A stretch of 55,219 nucleotides of DNA from Nocardioidaceae bacterium (GCA_035477015.1 DATILB010000372.1:1-55219), one strand, 5' to 3'; shown: positions 8,573 through 21,503, numbered from the stretch's first letter. Made by a program: numbers and translations. Notes: generated by a model from the sequence alone, not told the origin.

Positions 8573-9384
8573 GCCGTCCCGAAGCGCCGGAGCCGCTGCC
8601 ACACCCGGTGGTCGACAACCACTGCCACCTCGACATGGGGCTCGGCGGGGACGTGCTCCCCGTCCAGGAAGCGCTGTCGGCGAGCGCGGCTGTCGGCGTG
8701 CCTCGCATCGTGCAGATCGGGTGCGACCTCCCGGGTGCCCGCTGGGCGGTCGAGACGGCGAACCGGTTCGACGAGATCGTCGCTGGAGTCGCGCTGCACC
8801 CGAACGAAGCCCCGCGCGTCGATCTCGAGCCGGCCTTCGCGGAGATCGAAGCCCTCGCGGCGGATCCACGGGTGCGGGCCGTGGGAGAGACCGGGCTCGA
8901 CTACTTCCGCACCGGCGAGGACGGCCGCGCGGTCCAGCAGGAGTCCTTCCGACGGCACATCGACCTCGCCAAGCGACTCGGCAAGACCCTGGTGATCCAC
9001 GATCGCGACTCCCATGAGGACGTCCTCAGACTCGTCGACGAGGAGCGGGCGCCCGAGCGGGTGGTGATGCACTGCTTCTCCGGTGACGCAGCCTTCGCGA
9101 AGGCCTGTCTCGACCGTGGCTTCTGGCTGTCGTTCGCAGGCACCGTGACCTTCAAGAACGCCCAGGACCTCCGCGACGCCCTGGTCGTGGCGCCCCAGGA
9201 CCGGGTGCTCGTGGAGACCGACGCGCCGTACCTGACCCCGATGCCCTATCGCGGCCGCCCGAACGCGTCGTACCTGATCCCCTTGACGATGCGGGTCATG
9301 GCCGAGGCCCGGGGTGAGGACCTCGGGGAGCTCTGTGCAGCCGTTGAAGCGAACACGTTCGCGGCGTTCGGCGGGGCCTGGTAG
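8569..9384 (+). CDS. tatD: TatD-family metal-dependent hydrolase/DNase
   Basis: VVDNHCHLD start motif, …GETGLDY…, and HCFSG. ATGA overlap with rsmI. Confidence 0.9.
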   Translation: MSRPEAPEPLPHPVVDNHCHLDMGLGGDVLPVQEALSASAAVGVPRIVQIGCDLPGARWAVETANRFDEIVAGVALHPNEAPRVDLEPAFAEIEALAADPRVRAVGETGLDYFRTGEDGRAVQQESFRRHIDLAKRLGKTLVIHDRDSHEDVLRLVDEERAPERVVMHCFSGDAAFAKACLDRGFWLSFAGTVTFKNAQDLRDALVVAPQDRVLVETDAPYLTPMPYRGRPNASYLIPLTMRVMAEARGEDLGELCAAVEANTFAAFGGAW

Positions 9385-10755
<1,371 letters not shown>

Positions 10756-10765
10756 GTCCCCCCAC

Positions 10766-10799
10766 GGGTCGCCAGCTTTTGCCCTCCTAGTGGCGACCC
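10766..10799 (+). terminator. Intercistronic hairpin between rpfB and rsmA (possible attenuator or partial terminator)
   Basis: GGGTCGCC (10766-10773) pairs with GGCGACCC (10792-10799) around an 18-nt loop. No clear U-tract. Confidence 0.3.
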
Positions 10800-10867
10800 A
10801 GGGTTTGCGGATCTCCACCCGGGTCCGCGCCCGCTGGAGCGGCACTGCCGCCGGATAGGCTGATCGA

Positions 10868-11734
10868 ATGGTCGACGAGCCTTCCGCGTCCGCCGGACCG
10901 AGTCTTCTCGGTCCGGCGGATGTCCGTTCGCTGGCCTCTGCTCTGGGGATCCGTCCCACCAAGCAACGTGGGCAGAACTTCGTCATCGACGCCAACACGG
11001 TCCGCCGCATCGTGCGCGCCTCAGGGGTCTCGGACGAGGACGTCGTACTCGAGGTGGGGCCCGGTCTGGGGTCCCTCACGCTGGCGCTGCTCGAGGTAGC
11101 GAAGCGCGTCGTGGCGATCGAGATCGACGAGGTCCTGGCCGCCGCGCTGCCCGCGACGATCGCGGCCCACGCCCCTGACCACCTCGACCGTTTCGAGGTC
11201 GTCCACGCCGACGCGCTGCGCGTCACCGAAGTGCCGGGTGAGCCGCCGACCGCGCTCGTGGCGAACCTGCCCTACAACGTCTCCGTCCCCGTGCTGCTGC
11301 ACCTGATGACACTGCTGCCGTCGCTTCGTCACGGGCTGGTGATGGTGCAGTCGGAGGTCGCCGACCGGCTGGCCGCGCCACCCGGATCCAAGACGTACGG
11401 CGTGCCGTCGGCCAAGGCTGCCTGGTTCGCGGAGGTCAAGCGCGCTGGTGCCATCGGCCGCAACGTCTTCTGGCCGGCGCCCAACGTCGACTCCGGGCTC
11501 GTGGCCTGGGTGCACCGCGACCCGCCGTCGACGGCGGCGACGCGGGAGCAGGTCTTTGCGGTCATCGACGCCGCCTTCGCCCAACGACGCAAGACCGTGC
11601 GCTCGGCACTCCGGGCGGCCTACCCCGTCGAGGTCGTCGACGCAGCCCTCGAGAAGGCCGGCATCGACCCCACTCTCCGAGGCGAAGCTCTCCACATCGG
11701 CCAGTTCGCGTTGATCGCCGAGGGGATGCGGTGA
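10868..11734 (+). CDS. rsmA: 16S rRNA (adenine1518/1519-N6)-dimethyltransferase
   Basis: …[12 protein letters not shown]…[12 protein letters not shown]…[10 protein letters not shown]…. Confidence 0.92.
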   Translation: MVDEPSASAGPSLLGPADVRSLASALGIRPTKQRGQNFVIDANTVRRIVRASGVSDEDVVLEVGPGLGSLTLALLEVAKRVVAIEIDEVLAAALPATIAAHAPDHLDRFEVVHADALRVTEVPGEPPTALVANLPYNVSVPVLLHLMTLLPSLRHGLVMVQSEVADRLAAPPGSKTYGVPSAKAAWFAEVKRAGAIGRNVFWPAPNVDSGLVAWVHRDPPSTAATREQVFAVIDAAFAQRRKTVRSALRAAYPVEVVDAALEKAGIDPTLRGEALHIGQFALIAEGMR

Positions 11735-12623
11735 CCCAGTCGGTGACGGTCTCCGCTCCGGCGAAGATCAACCTTTCTCTCGGCGTCGGTCCCCTGCGCG
11801 CCGATGGCTTCCACCCGCTTGCCACGGTCTTTCAGGCGATCGGCCTCTTCGACGAGGTGCGGGTCCGTCCGGCCGAGTCTGACATTCTCACCGTGTATGG
11901 CGACGGGGTGGACGCGTCCGACGTACCCACCGATGGTTCGAACATCGCACTCAAGGCCGCGCGTCTGCTCGCCAAGCACCACAGCGTCGACGAGTACGTC
12001 GAGATGCACATCCACAAGCGGATCCCCGTTGCGGGGGGACTGGCCGGTGGGTCCGCGGACGCGGCGGCTGCGCTGGTGGCCTGCGACGCGCTCTGGGGAC
12101 TGCGAACACCTCGCGACGAGCTGCTGGACCTCGCTGCCGAGCTGGGTAGCGACGTGCCGTTCTGTGTGGTCGGCGGCACCGCGATCGGCCTGGGCCGAGG
12201 TGAGGTGCTGTCGCCGGTCATGTCACGCGGCTCGTACTGGTGGGTCGTCGTGCCTGGGGAGGGCGGGCTCTCCACTCCTTCCGTGTACGCCGAGTTCGAC
12301 CGGCTGATCGCGGACTCGGGTGCCGACGAGCCGGAGGTCTCCGACTCCTTGCTGTCCGCCTTGCGTGCGGGCGACGTCGAGTGGCTCGGCACCGCACTCA
12401 GCAACGACCTGCAACGTGCCGCGCTGTCGCTCCAGCCGGACCTGGCGCCGCTGCTCGAGCAGGGCCTCGACGCATCCGCGCACGGTGCGATCGTCTCCGG
12501 CTCGGGACCGACCACCGTCTTCCTGTGTGAGAGCCGCGAGCACGCCCTGGAGGTCGGCAGCACGTTCGACCGCACGGTGCTCGTCGCCGAGGCTCCGGTC
12601 CATGGCGCCCGGGTGGTCTCGCG

Positions 12624-12627
<4 letters not shown>
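11731..12627 (+). CDS. ispE: 4-diphosphocytidyl-2-C-methyl-D-erythritol kinase
   Basis: [11 protein letters not shown]…, the GHMP kinase motif [16 protein letters not shown], and a GTGA overlap with rsmA. Confidence 0.92.
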
Positions 12628-14390
<1,763 letters not shown>

Positions 14391-14405
<15 letters not shown>

Positions 14406-14888
14406 CTCGAAGCCCGCGCCCAGCCGCCGCAGCAGCCCGGCGAGCTGCTTGCGCTCGGTCCCGTCTATGGCCGCCAGCAGGTCGGCCTCGCGGGACAGCA
14501 GCGCATCGAGCGCGCCGTCGACCGTCGTACGCCCCTCATCGGTGAGGCGGACGAGCACACCGCGCCGGTCACTTGGGTCGGGCCGGCGCTGCACGAGACC
14601 GCGCTCCTCGAGCCGGTCGACGCGGTTGGTCATCGTCCCGCTCGTCACGAGGGTCTCCTTGAGCAGTCGTCCCGGCGAGAGCTCATAGGGCTTCCCGGCC
14701 CTGCGCAGGGCGGCGAGCACGTCGAACTCCCACAGCTCCACGCCGTGGTCGCTGAACGCGGTACGGCGGGCGCGGTCGAGGTGGTGGCTGAGCCGGCTGA
14801 CCCGGCTGAGCACCTCCATGGGCCCGAGGTCGAGGTCCGGTCGCTCACGGCGCCACGCCTCGACCAGGCCGTCGACCTCGTCTCGCAT
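14391..14888 (-). CDS. MarR-family transcriptional regulator
   Basis: Winged-HTH region …LSPGRLLKETLVTSGTMTNRVDRLEERGLVQRRPDPSDRRGVLVRLT… ATG 14888 was chosen as start (MRDEVDGL…). Confidence 0.85.
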
Positions 14889-14903
14889 CCTGTGAGAGTA
14901 CCA

Positions 14904-14918
14904 GTCAAGAATCTTGAC
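14904..14918. promoter_or_regulatory. Perfect palindrome in the MarR/tam divergent gap; candidate MarR operator
   Basis: GTCAAGA-A-TCTTGAC lies in the centre of the 60-nt intergenic region between the divergent genes. Confidence 0.4.
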
Positions 14919-14948
14919 ATCGAGATAATGGCGGCGGACCATCGAGCC

Positions 14949-15686
14949 ATGCAGTGGGACCCGCAGGGCTACCTGGCGTACGGCGACGAGCGCGCGCGGC
15001 CCTTCGTCGACCTGGTCAGCCGCATCGGCGCCGACAACCCAGCGACGGTCGTCGACCTGGGCTGCGGGCAGGGCACGATGACCGCACTGCTCCAGCAGCG
15101 CTGGCCACTAGCCGACGTGCTCGGTGTGGACTCCTCGCCCGAGATGGTCGCAGCGGCGGAGGGGGTCCGCGTCGAGCTCGGCGACATCCGTACCTGGGAC
15201 GGTGAAGCTGACGTCGTGCTGTCCAACGCTGCGCTGCAGTGGGTTCCCGGCCACGTCTCCCTGCTGCCGAGGCTGGCCTCGCGGGCGCGTGCCTGGTTCG
15301 CGTTCCAGGTGCCCGGGAACTTCGAGGCGCCGACCCACACGATCCGCCGCGAGCTCGCCGAGGACACGCGCTTCGAGCCCTACCTGTACGACGTCGAACG
15401 GCCCGACTCGCACGGTCCCGAGATCTACCTAGACGTCCTGCAACGTGAGGGCTGGGAGGTCGACGCCTGGGAGACGACGTACCTCCACGTCCTGCAGGGC
15501 GACGATGCGGTCTTCACCTGGGTCAGTGCGACCGGTGCCCGCCCCACTCTGCAGGCACTGCCGGAGCCCGTGCGCGACGAGTTCGTCAGGGAGTTCAAGG
15601 CCCGGCTCGATACGGCGTACCCCCCGACGCCGCAGGGCGTCGTGATGCCGTTCCGCCGAGTCTTCGTGGTGGCTCGTCGTCGCTAG
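14949..15686 (+). CDS. tam: SAM-dependent methyltransferase, trans-aconitate 2-methyltransferase-like
   Basis: MQWDPQGYLAYGDERARPF…VVDLGCGQGTMT…VLSNAALQWVPGH…. Confidence 0.8.
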   Translation: MQWDPQGYLAYGDERARPFVDLVSRIGADNPATVVDLGCGQGTMTALLQQRWPLADVLGVDSSPEMVAAAEGVRVELGDIRTWDGEADVVLSNAALQWVPGHVSLLPRLASRARAWFAFQVPGNFEAPTHTIRRELAEDTRFEPYLYDVERPDSHGPEIYLDVLQREGWEVDAWETTYLHVLQGDDAVFTWVSATGARPTLQALPEPVRDEFVREFKARLDTAYPPTPQGVVMPFRRVFVVARRR

Positions 15687-16339
15687 GAGGCGTTGACCCT
15701 CATGGTGGGCTTCTTCTCCAGCCCGGCCAGGCCGTTCCAGGCGAGGTTGACCAGGTTGGCGGCGACGACCTCCTTCGACGGCTTACGCGCGTCGAGCCAC
15801 CACTGGCCGGTGTAGCCGACCATGCCGACCAGCATCTGTGCGTACATCGGTGCCTGCCGGTGGTCGAAGCCGCGTGACTTGAACTCCGCCGCGAGGATGT
15901 CGTCGACCCGCGAGCCGATGGTGTTCATGATCGTGACGAACGTGCCGGAGGTCGAGCCGACGGGACTGTCGCGGACCATGATGCGGAAGCCGTCCGACGA
16001 GCTCTCGATGTAGTCCAGGAGTGCCACGGCCGCCTGCTCCAGCAGCAGCCTCGGGTGCCCACCGGCCAATGCGCTCTGCATCCGGTCCAACAGGGCGCGC
16101 ACCTCACGGTCGACCACGACGGCGTACAGGCCTTCCTTGCCGCCGAAGTGCTCGTACACGACCGGCTTGGACACCTCGGCCCGGGCGGCGATCTCCTCGA
16201 CCGCTGTGGCGTCGAAGCCCTTCTCCGCGAACAGGCCCCGCGCGATCACGATGAGCTGCTCGCGCCGCTCGGCCGCCGTCATCCGCTTGCGCGGCTTTTT
16301 GGGGGTTCCTTCGTTGGGTGCGCTCACGTCGGTCATCAT
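15683..16339 (-). CDS. TetR/AcrR-family transcriptional regulator
   Basis: N-terminal HTH …RREQLIVIARGLFAEKGFDATAVEEIAARAEVSKPVVYEHFGGKEGLY… Its 3' end overlaps tam convergently by 4 nt (CTAG). Confidence 0.85.
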   Translation of the reverse strand: MMTDVSAPNEGTPKKPRKRMTAAERREQLIVIARGLFAEKGFDATAVEEIAARAEVSKPVVYEHFGGKEGLYAVVVDREVRALLDRMQSALAGGHPRLLLEQAAVALLDYIESSSDGFRIMVRDSPVGSTSGTFVTIMNTIGSRVDDILAAEFKSRGFDHRQAPMYAQMLVGMVGYTGQWWLDARKPSKEVVAANLVNLAWNGLAGLEKKPTMRVNAS

Positions 16340-16378
16340 GTCCTAGCGACCGTCGGACCGTCACGAAAGGGGAGAACC

Positions 16379-16771
16379 ATGGCGCGGGTCTACCTGGTGA
16401 TGTCCCTGGTGTCGCTGGTGCTCTGCATCTACTGCGTCATCAGGATCATCCAGACGACGGACGCGGAGATCCGCTACCTCCCGAAGTTCGGGTGGCTGAT
16501 CCTCGTCCTGCTCTTCCCGCTCGTCGGGTCGATCGCCTGGTTGGCCGTGGGCAACCCTCGCAAGCCGCGGCCCAGCGGCAACCAGGGGTCGACGTCGTCG
16601 TTCCCGGAGTACGACCGTCCGGGTCGGGCGATCGCGACCAACCCGGACGACGACGAGGAGTTCCTGCGCAAGGTGCGCGAGCGCGCCGAGGAACAGCGCC
16701 GCAAAGCTGCGGAGCAGAAGAAGGCCGAAGAAGACGGTGGGGCTACGCCGCCGCCGCCGGCTGATTCTTGA
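16379..16771 (+). CDS. PLD-nuclease N-terminal (PLDc_N) domain small membrane protein
   Basis: ATG 16379 follows GAAAGGGGAG. Two TM helices are present with …KFGWLILVLLFPLVGSIAWLAVG…, followed by a charged C-terminal tail. Confidence 0.7.
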   Translation: MARVYLVMSLVSLVLCIYCVIRIIQTTDAEIRYLPKFGWLILVLLFPLVGSIAWLAVGNPRKPRPSGNQGSTSSFPEYDRPGRAIATNPDDDEEFLRKVRERAEEQRRKAAEQKKAEEDGGATPPPPADS

Positions 16772-17705
16772 CCAGTCGCGCGTCGAGGCGCTCCTTGACC
16801 GGCCAGCGGACCTCGGAGACCCAGCCGGCCTTCTCCATGGCCCAGATCACCCGCGCCGACGTGTCGATCTGACCGCGCATCACTCCGTGGCGCGCGCAGG
16901 TCGGGTCCGCGTGGTGCAGGTTGTGCCACGACTCGCCTGCGGACGCCAGCGCCAACCACCAGACGTTGGCCGACTTGTCGCGTGACACGAACGGCCGGTT
17001 GCCGATGGTGTGGCAGATCGAGTTGATCGACCAGGTCACGTGGTGCAGCAGGCCGACCCGGACCAGCGTGCCCCAGAAGAACCCGGTGACCGCGCCCTGC
17101 CAGGACCAGGTGAGCAGGAATCCGAGCACCGGCGGGATCAGCACCGACACGAGGACCCACACCCAGAACGTGCGCGAGATGCGCACCAGGTCGCGGTCCT
17201 TCATCAGGTCGGGTGCGTACTTGCGCTGCGGGGTCTGCTCGGTGTCGAACAGCCAACCCATGTGCGCCCAGATGAAGCCCTTGGTGAGTGCCTTGAGGTT
17301 GGTGCCGTAGCGCCACGGCGAGTGCGGGTCGCCGTCACGGTCCGAGAACTTGTGGTGCTTGCGGTGGTCGGCCACCCAGCGGATCAACGGCCCCTGGATC
17401 GCCATGGACCCGAGGATCGCCAGCACGATCTTCACGGCCCGGTTGGGCTTGAAGGACCTGTGGGTGAAGAGCCGGTGGAAGCCGACCGTGACGCCGTGGT
17501 TCGTCACGGAGTACATGACGAAGACGATGGCCACGTCGCTCCAGCCGAGCCAGCCGCCCCACGCAACGGGGACCGCGGCAAGGATCGCCAGGAACGGGAC
17601 GCCGATGAACAGCGAGAGTGCGACCTGCTCCTTGAGCGACTGGACGTCGGCGCCCAGCGTTGCCCGGTCGAGCTCGGGTGTGGTCCGGTCGATCATCTGG
17701 GTCAT
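16743..17705 (-). CDS. Membrane acyl-CoA/acyl-lipid desaturase (stearoyl-CoA 9-desaturase-like)
   Basis: Three His boxes: HRLFTH, HRKHHKFSD and HNLHHADP. Confidence 0.88.
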   Translation of the reverse strand: MTQMIDRTTPELDRATLGADVQSLKEQVALSLFIGVPFLAILAAVPVAWGGWLGWSDVAIVFVMYSVTNHGVTVGFHRLFTHRSFKPNRAVKIVLAILGSMAIQGPLIRWVADHRKHHKFSDRDGDPHSPWRYGTNLKALTKGFIWAHMGWLFDTEQTPQRKYAPDLMKDRDLVRISRTFWVWVLVSVLIPPVLGFLLTWSWQGAVTGFFWGTLVRVGLLHHVTWSINSICHTIGNRPFVSRDKSANVWWLALASAGESWHNLHHADPTCARHGVMRGQIDTSARVIWAMEKAGWVSEVRWPVKERLDARLVKNQPAAAA

Positions 17706-17801
17706 GGCTGGTCCTTGAGAGCGGTACGTGGGTGCAGGGAAAGGCTAACTTACGGAGGCGTAGGTTCGGAACCGCTGATCGGTGTACCGACGGCTGCTAG
17801 A

Positions 17802-17924
17802 TAGGGTTTGTTCGACAATCCCCGGTTGGTCTGCCGGCCAGAGATAGGCACCGCCCCGCGGGCGGGCCCTGATGGCGGACCGTGACTAGGGTTTGGCAAC
17901 ACAATCCCCGGTTGGTCTGCCGGC
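17802..17924 (+). repeat. Direct duplication of a ~37-nt module (17802-17838 and 17887-17924) containing the tRNA 5' end and a preceding hairpin
   Basis: TAGGGTTTG-ttcg-ACAATCCCCGGTTGGTCTGCCGGC versus TAGGGTTTG-gcaac-ACAATCCCCGGTTGGTCTGCCGGC. Both copies keep a GGGTTTG/CAATCCC stem with different loops. Confidence 0.6.
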
Positions 17925-17983
17925 AGGGCCCGCCTGACTTTGAATCAGGACTAGCGACGTAGGTTCGACTCCTACCCGGGGAG
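17905..17983 (+). tRNA. tRNA-Gln(UUG)-like gene, atypical length (~79 nt)
   Basis: Acceptor TCCCCGG/CCGGGGA. Anticodon arm CCTGA-CTTTGAA-TCAGG, with anticodon TTG at 17940-17942. T-arm GTAGG-TTCGACT-CCTAC. The variable region would be 9 nt and the D-arm is imperfect. Position upstream of glmU-prs, where I recall a tRNA-Gln gene in other Actinomycetota (recalled, not verified). Confidence 0.6.
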
Positions 17984-18000
17984 CGAGCGAAGGGAGAGCT

Positions 18001-19479
18001 GTGCGCCAGCCAGCAGCAGTGATCGTCCTCGCCGCCGGGAGCGGCACGAGGATGAAGTCGAAGACCATGAAGGTCCTCCACCCCCTCGGCGGGCGCAGCA
18101 TGATCGGCCACGTGGTCGTGGCCGCCCAGCACCTCGCGCCCCGGCACCTGGTCGCCGTGGTGGGCAGCGGACGGGAGCAGGTCGGCCCGCACATCCTCGA
18201 GCTCGCCCCTGACGCGTTGCTCGCGGTGCAGGAGACGCAAGAAGGCACCGGGCACGCCGTCCGTGTCGCGGTCGCTGCCCTGGCGGAGACGGGTACGACG
18301 ACCGGCACCATCGTCGTGATGGCCGGGGACACCCCGCTCATGCAGGGCGAGACCCTGGCCGAGCTGGTGTCCGACCACGAGGAGTCGGGCCGGGCCGTCA
18401 CGATCCTGACCGGTCGGGTGAGCCGCCCCTTCGGCTACGGCCGGATCGTGCGTGACGCCGACGGCTCGGTGACCGCGATCGTCGAGGAGAAGGACGCATC
18501 GGACGACGTCCGGCAGATCGACGAGATCAATAGTGGCATCTTCGCGTTCGACGGCGACTTCCTCGCGGAGGCGCTGGGGCGGATCACCAACGACAACGCC
18601 AAGGGTGAGTACTACCTCACCGACGTCGTCTCCGTGGCGGTCGGGCTCGGGCGGGCCGTCGGTGCCCACCCGATCGAGGACGTCATGCAGACCGAGGGCG
18701 CCAACGACCGGGCCCAGCTGGCCGCCCTGGCCAAGCAGCTCAACGCGCGCACCCTCGACCGCTGGATGCGTGACGGCGTGACGATCGTCGACCCGGACAC
18801 GACCTGGATCGACGTCGACGTGACCCTCGCCCCTGACGTCACGCTGCTCCCAGGCGTGCACCTGCTCGGTGCCACGACGGTGGCCGAGGATGCGGTCATC
18901 GGACCGGACTGCACCCTGAAGGACGTCGAGGTCGGTGCGGGCGCGAAGGTCGTCCGGACCCACGGCGAGCTGGCCGTGATCGGCCCCGGCGCGAATGTCG
19001 GCCCGTTCTCGTATCTCCGTCCTGGCACGGAGCTCGGCGCCGATGGCAAGATCGGCGCGTTCGTGGAGACCAAGGCAGCGAAGATCGGCCCCGGCGCGAA
19101 GGTCCCGCACCTCTCGTACGTCGGTGACGCCGAGATCGGCGAGGGCACCAACATCGGCGCCGGCACGATCTTCGCCAACTACGACGGTGTGCAGAAGCAC
19201 CGCACCAAGATCGGCAAGAACGCCCGCACGGCGAGCAACAACACTTTCGTCGCCCCGGTCGAGGTCGGCGACGGGGCGGGCACGGGCGCCGGCACCGTCA
19301 TCCGCCGCAACGTGCCGCCCGGGGCGCTTGCGGTGTCCACCGGCCCCCAACGGAACATCGAGGGCTGGGCGCAGAGCCGGCGGGCCGGGACCCCTCAGGC
19401 GGAAGCTGCCGCCGCCGCATCGCAAGACGCGGGTGGCGAATTCGCCGAGACGGGCGACGCTGAGGGACAATCGGACTGA
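18001..19479 (+). CDS. glmU: Bifunctional UDP-GlcNAc diphosphorylase / GlcN-1-P N-acetyltransferase
   Basis: VIVLAAGSGTRMKS…, C-terminal hexapeptide (LbH) repeats, and RBS GAAGGGAGAG upstream of GTG 18001. Confidence 0.95.
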   Translation: MRQPAAVIVLAAGSGTRMKSKTMKVLHPLGGRSMIGHVVVAAQHLAPRHLVAVVGSGREQVGPHILELAPDALLAVQETQEGTGHAVRVAVAALAETGTTTGTIVVMAGDTPLMQGETLAELVSDHEESGRAVTILTGRVSRPFGYGRIVRDADGSVTAIVEEKDASDDVRQIDEINSGIFAFDGDFLAEALGRITNDNAKGEYYLTDVVSVAVGLGRAVGAHPIEDVMQTEGANDRAQLAALAKQLNARTLDRWMRDGVTIVDPDTTWIDVDVTLAPDVTLLPGVHLLGATTVAEDAVIGPDCTLKDVEVGAGAKVVRTHGELAVIGPGANVGPFSYLRPGTELGADGKIGAFVETKAAKIGPGAKVPHLSYVGDAEIGEGTNIGAGTIFANYDGVQKHRTKIGKNARTASNNTFVAPVEVGDGAGTGAGTVIRRNVPPGALAVSTGPQRNIEGWAQSRRAGTPQAEAAAAASQDAGGEFAETGDAEGQSD

Positions 19480-19505
19480 GCGCATCGATCGAAGGGCACG
19501 TCAGC

Positions 19506-20486
19506 GTGAGCGGAATGAAGCGCACCACCGAGAAGAACCTGATGGTCTTCACCGGCCGGGCACACCCCGAGCTCAGCGAAGAGGTTGCGGAGCTGCTCGG
19601 CACCGGGCTGGTCCCCACCGCGGCGTACGAGTTCGCCAACAGCGAGATCTATGTCCGCTTCGAGGAGTCCGTCCGCGGCTGCGACGCCTTCGTGATCCAG
19701 AGCCACACGGCACCGGTGAACGAGTGGATCATGGAGCACCTGATCATGGTCGACGCGCTCAAGCGTGCGTCCGCCAAGCGGATCACGGTGGTGATGCCCT
19801 TCTACGGCTACGCCCGCCAGGACAAGAAGCACCGCGGCCGGGAGCCGATCTCGGCCCGACTGATGGCCGACCTGTTCAAGACCGCGGGTGCGGACCGGCT
19901 CATCGCCGTCGACCTGCACACCGCTCAGATCCAGGGCTTCTTCGACGGACCGGTCGACCACCTGATGGCTGCGCCGATCCTGACCGAGTACGTCAAGGAG
20001 AAGTACGGAGACGAGCAGCTCGCGGTCGTCTCGCCGGACGCGGGCCGCATCAAGGTCGCCGAGAACTGGTCGAACCGGCTCGGCGGCGCACCGCTGGCCT
20101 TCATCCACAAGACGCGTGACATCAACCGGCCGAACGAGTCCGTGGCCAACCGTGTCGTCGGTGAGGTCAAGGGGCGGATCTGCATCCTGGTCGACGACAT
20201 GATCGACACCGGCGGCACGATCGTGAAGGCCACCGAGGCACTGTTGAACGACGGTGCCGCCGGCGTGGTCATCGCGGCGACCCACGCGATCCTGTCCGAC
20301 CCGGCCGTCGACCGCCTGAAGAACTGCCCTGCCCTCGAGATCGTGGTGACCAACACCTTGCCGATCCCCGCCGAGCGGCACTTCGACAAGCTCACCGTGC
20401 TCTCGATCGCACCGCTGATCTCCCGCGCCATCCGGGAGGTCTTCGAGGACGGCTCGGTCACCAGCCTCTTCGACGGGCACGCCTGA
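19506..20486 (+). CDS. prs: Ribose-phosphate diphosphokinase
   Basis: …LMVFTGRAHPELSEEVA…, the PRPP-binding loop CILVDDMIDTGGT, and conserved order after glmU. Confidence 0.95.
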   Translation: MSGMKRTTEKNLMVFTGRAHPELSEEVAELLGTGLVPTAAYEFANSEIYVRFEESVRGCDAFVIQSHTAPVNEWIMEHLIMVDALKRASAKRITVVMPFYGYARQDKKHRGREPISARLMADLFKTAGADRLIAVDLHTAQIQGFFDGPVDHLMAAPILTEYVKEKYGDEQLAVVSPDAGRIKVAENWSNRLGGAPLAFIHKTRDINRPNESVANRVVGEVKGRICILVDDMIDTGGTIVKATEALLNDGAAGVVIAATHAILSDPAVDRLKNCPALEIVVTNTLPIPAERHFDKLTVLSIAPLISRAIREVFEDGSVTSLFDGHA

Positions 20487-20515
20487 CGGCACTGCGTGCC
20501 GGTCAGGCGTGCCCG
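20474..20515 (+). terminator. Long near-perfect hairpin enclosing the prs stop codon
   Basis: CGGGCACGCCTGACGGCAC-tgc-GTGCCGGTCAGGCGTGCCCG forms a ~19-bp stem with one bulge. There is no U-tract, which I recall being common for high-GC actinobacterial terminators. Confidence 0.5.
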
Positions 20516-20808
20516 TCCGGCTTCTTGCCTTACCGCCTCGGCCGCCGGTCGGGCGCTGGTTGTCGTTGCCGCGGTGCACAGGACTTCGGTCCAGCCAGAG
20601 CGCTTGTTGGCTCGCTGCGCTCGCGTTGAGCGGATTCGCGTTACCCGCAACGCGCCGCTAGTATTTGCAGGTTGCCTCGGCGAGGGAGTCTCTCCTCCGT
20701 GATCGACGCGGTCGTCGCGCTTTCCGCGCGCGCGGGTTTGATGAGCCCCCTTCCGCCCTGGCCACCACAGATGTCCAGTCGCAGGAAGCAATCGAGGAGT
20801 TCGCCCGC

Positions 20809-21456
20809 ATGTCCCCCAACGAGACCAAGCTCCAGGCCGAGTCGCGCACCGAGTTCGGCAAGGGTGCCGCGCGTCGTATCCGTCGCGCCGACAAGGTTCC
20901 CGCCGTGCTGTACGGCCATGGCGCCGACCCCCTGCACATCACCCTCAACGGGCACGACACGTTGATGGCTCTCAAGCACGGCGGCGCGAACGCGCTGCTC
21001 TCGATCGAGCTCGACGGCAAGTCACAGCTGGCGCTGCCGAAGCAGGTCCAGAAGGACCCGATCAAGGGCTTCCTGGAGCACCTCGACCTGATCATCGTCA
21101 AGAAGGGCGAGAAGGTCACCGTCGACGTGGCGCTGATCGTCACCGGTGAGTCCGCTCCCGACACCCTGGTCACGGTCGAGCACAACTCCGTCTCCATCGA
21201 GGCCGAGGCCACCCACATCCCCGACTCCATCGAGGTCTCCGTCGAGGGCGCTGAGGCCGGCACCCAGATCTTCGCCAAGGACCTGATCCTTCCGGACGGC
21301 TCGATCATGCAGCTCGACGCGGACGCCCTGGTCGTCCACGTGTCCGTCGCCAAGGAGATCCAGCTCGAGGAGGAGCCCGCCGAGGGCGCAGCCGACGAGG
21401 CCGCTCCGGAGGCTGCTGCCGACGAGGCTCCGGCCGAGGCCGCCGCTGCGGAGTGA
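20809..21456 (+). CDS. rplY: 50S ribosomal protein L25 / general stress protein Ctc
   Basis: ATG 20809 follows GAGGAG. …[31 protein letters not shown]… plus an acidic Ala/Glu-rich tail. Confidence 0.9.
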   Translation: MSPNETKLQAESRTEFGKGAARRIRRADKVPAVLYGHGADPLHITLNGHDTLMALKHGGANALLSIELDGKSQLALPKQVQKDPIKGFLEHLDLIIVKKGEKVTVDVALIVTGESAPDTLVTVEHNSVSIEAEATHIPDSIEVSVEGAEAGTQIFAKDLILPDGSIMQLDADALVVHVSVAKEIQLEEEPAEGAADEAAPEAAADEAPAEAAAAE

Positions 21457-21503
21457 TCCGCTCGCTTTTCAGGACTCTGTTCAACGGGAGGGGCGGGGAA
21501 GCT

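Noticed and set aside
16348-16362. Direct repeat GACCGTC-G-GACCGTC in the TetR/PLDc_N divergent gap as a TetR operator
   Set aside because: TetR operators are normally palindromic. A 7-nt direct repeat in GC-rich DNA is weak evidence.
17802-17983. Integrative-element att site at the tRNA gene
   Set aside because: The duplicated segment is the 5' part plus the upstream flank, not the 3' end that integrases usually target. No integrase or excisionase gene is nearby, and the flanking genes are core.
20659-20664. TAGTAT -10-like hexamer about 145 nt upstream of rplY
   Set aside because: It is a plausible promoter for rplY-pth, but no acceptable -35 sits at 16-19 nt spacing and no other support exists. 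It was not listed as a feature.
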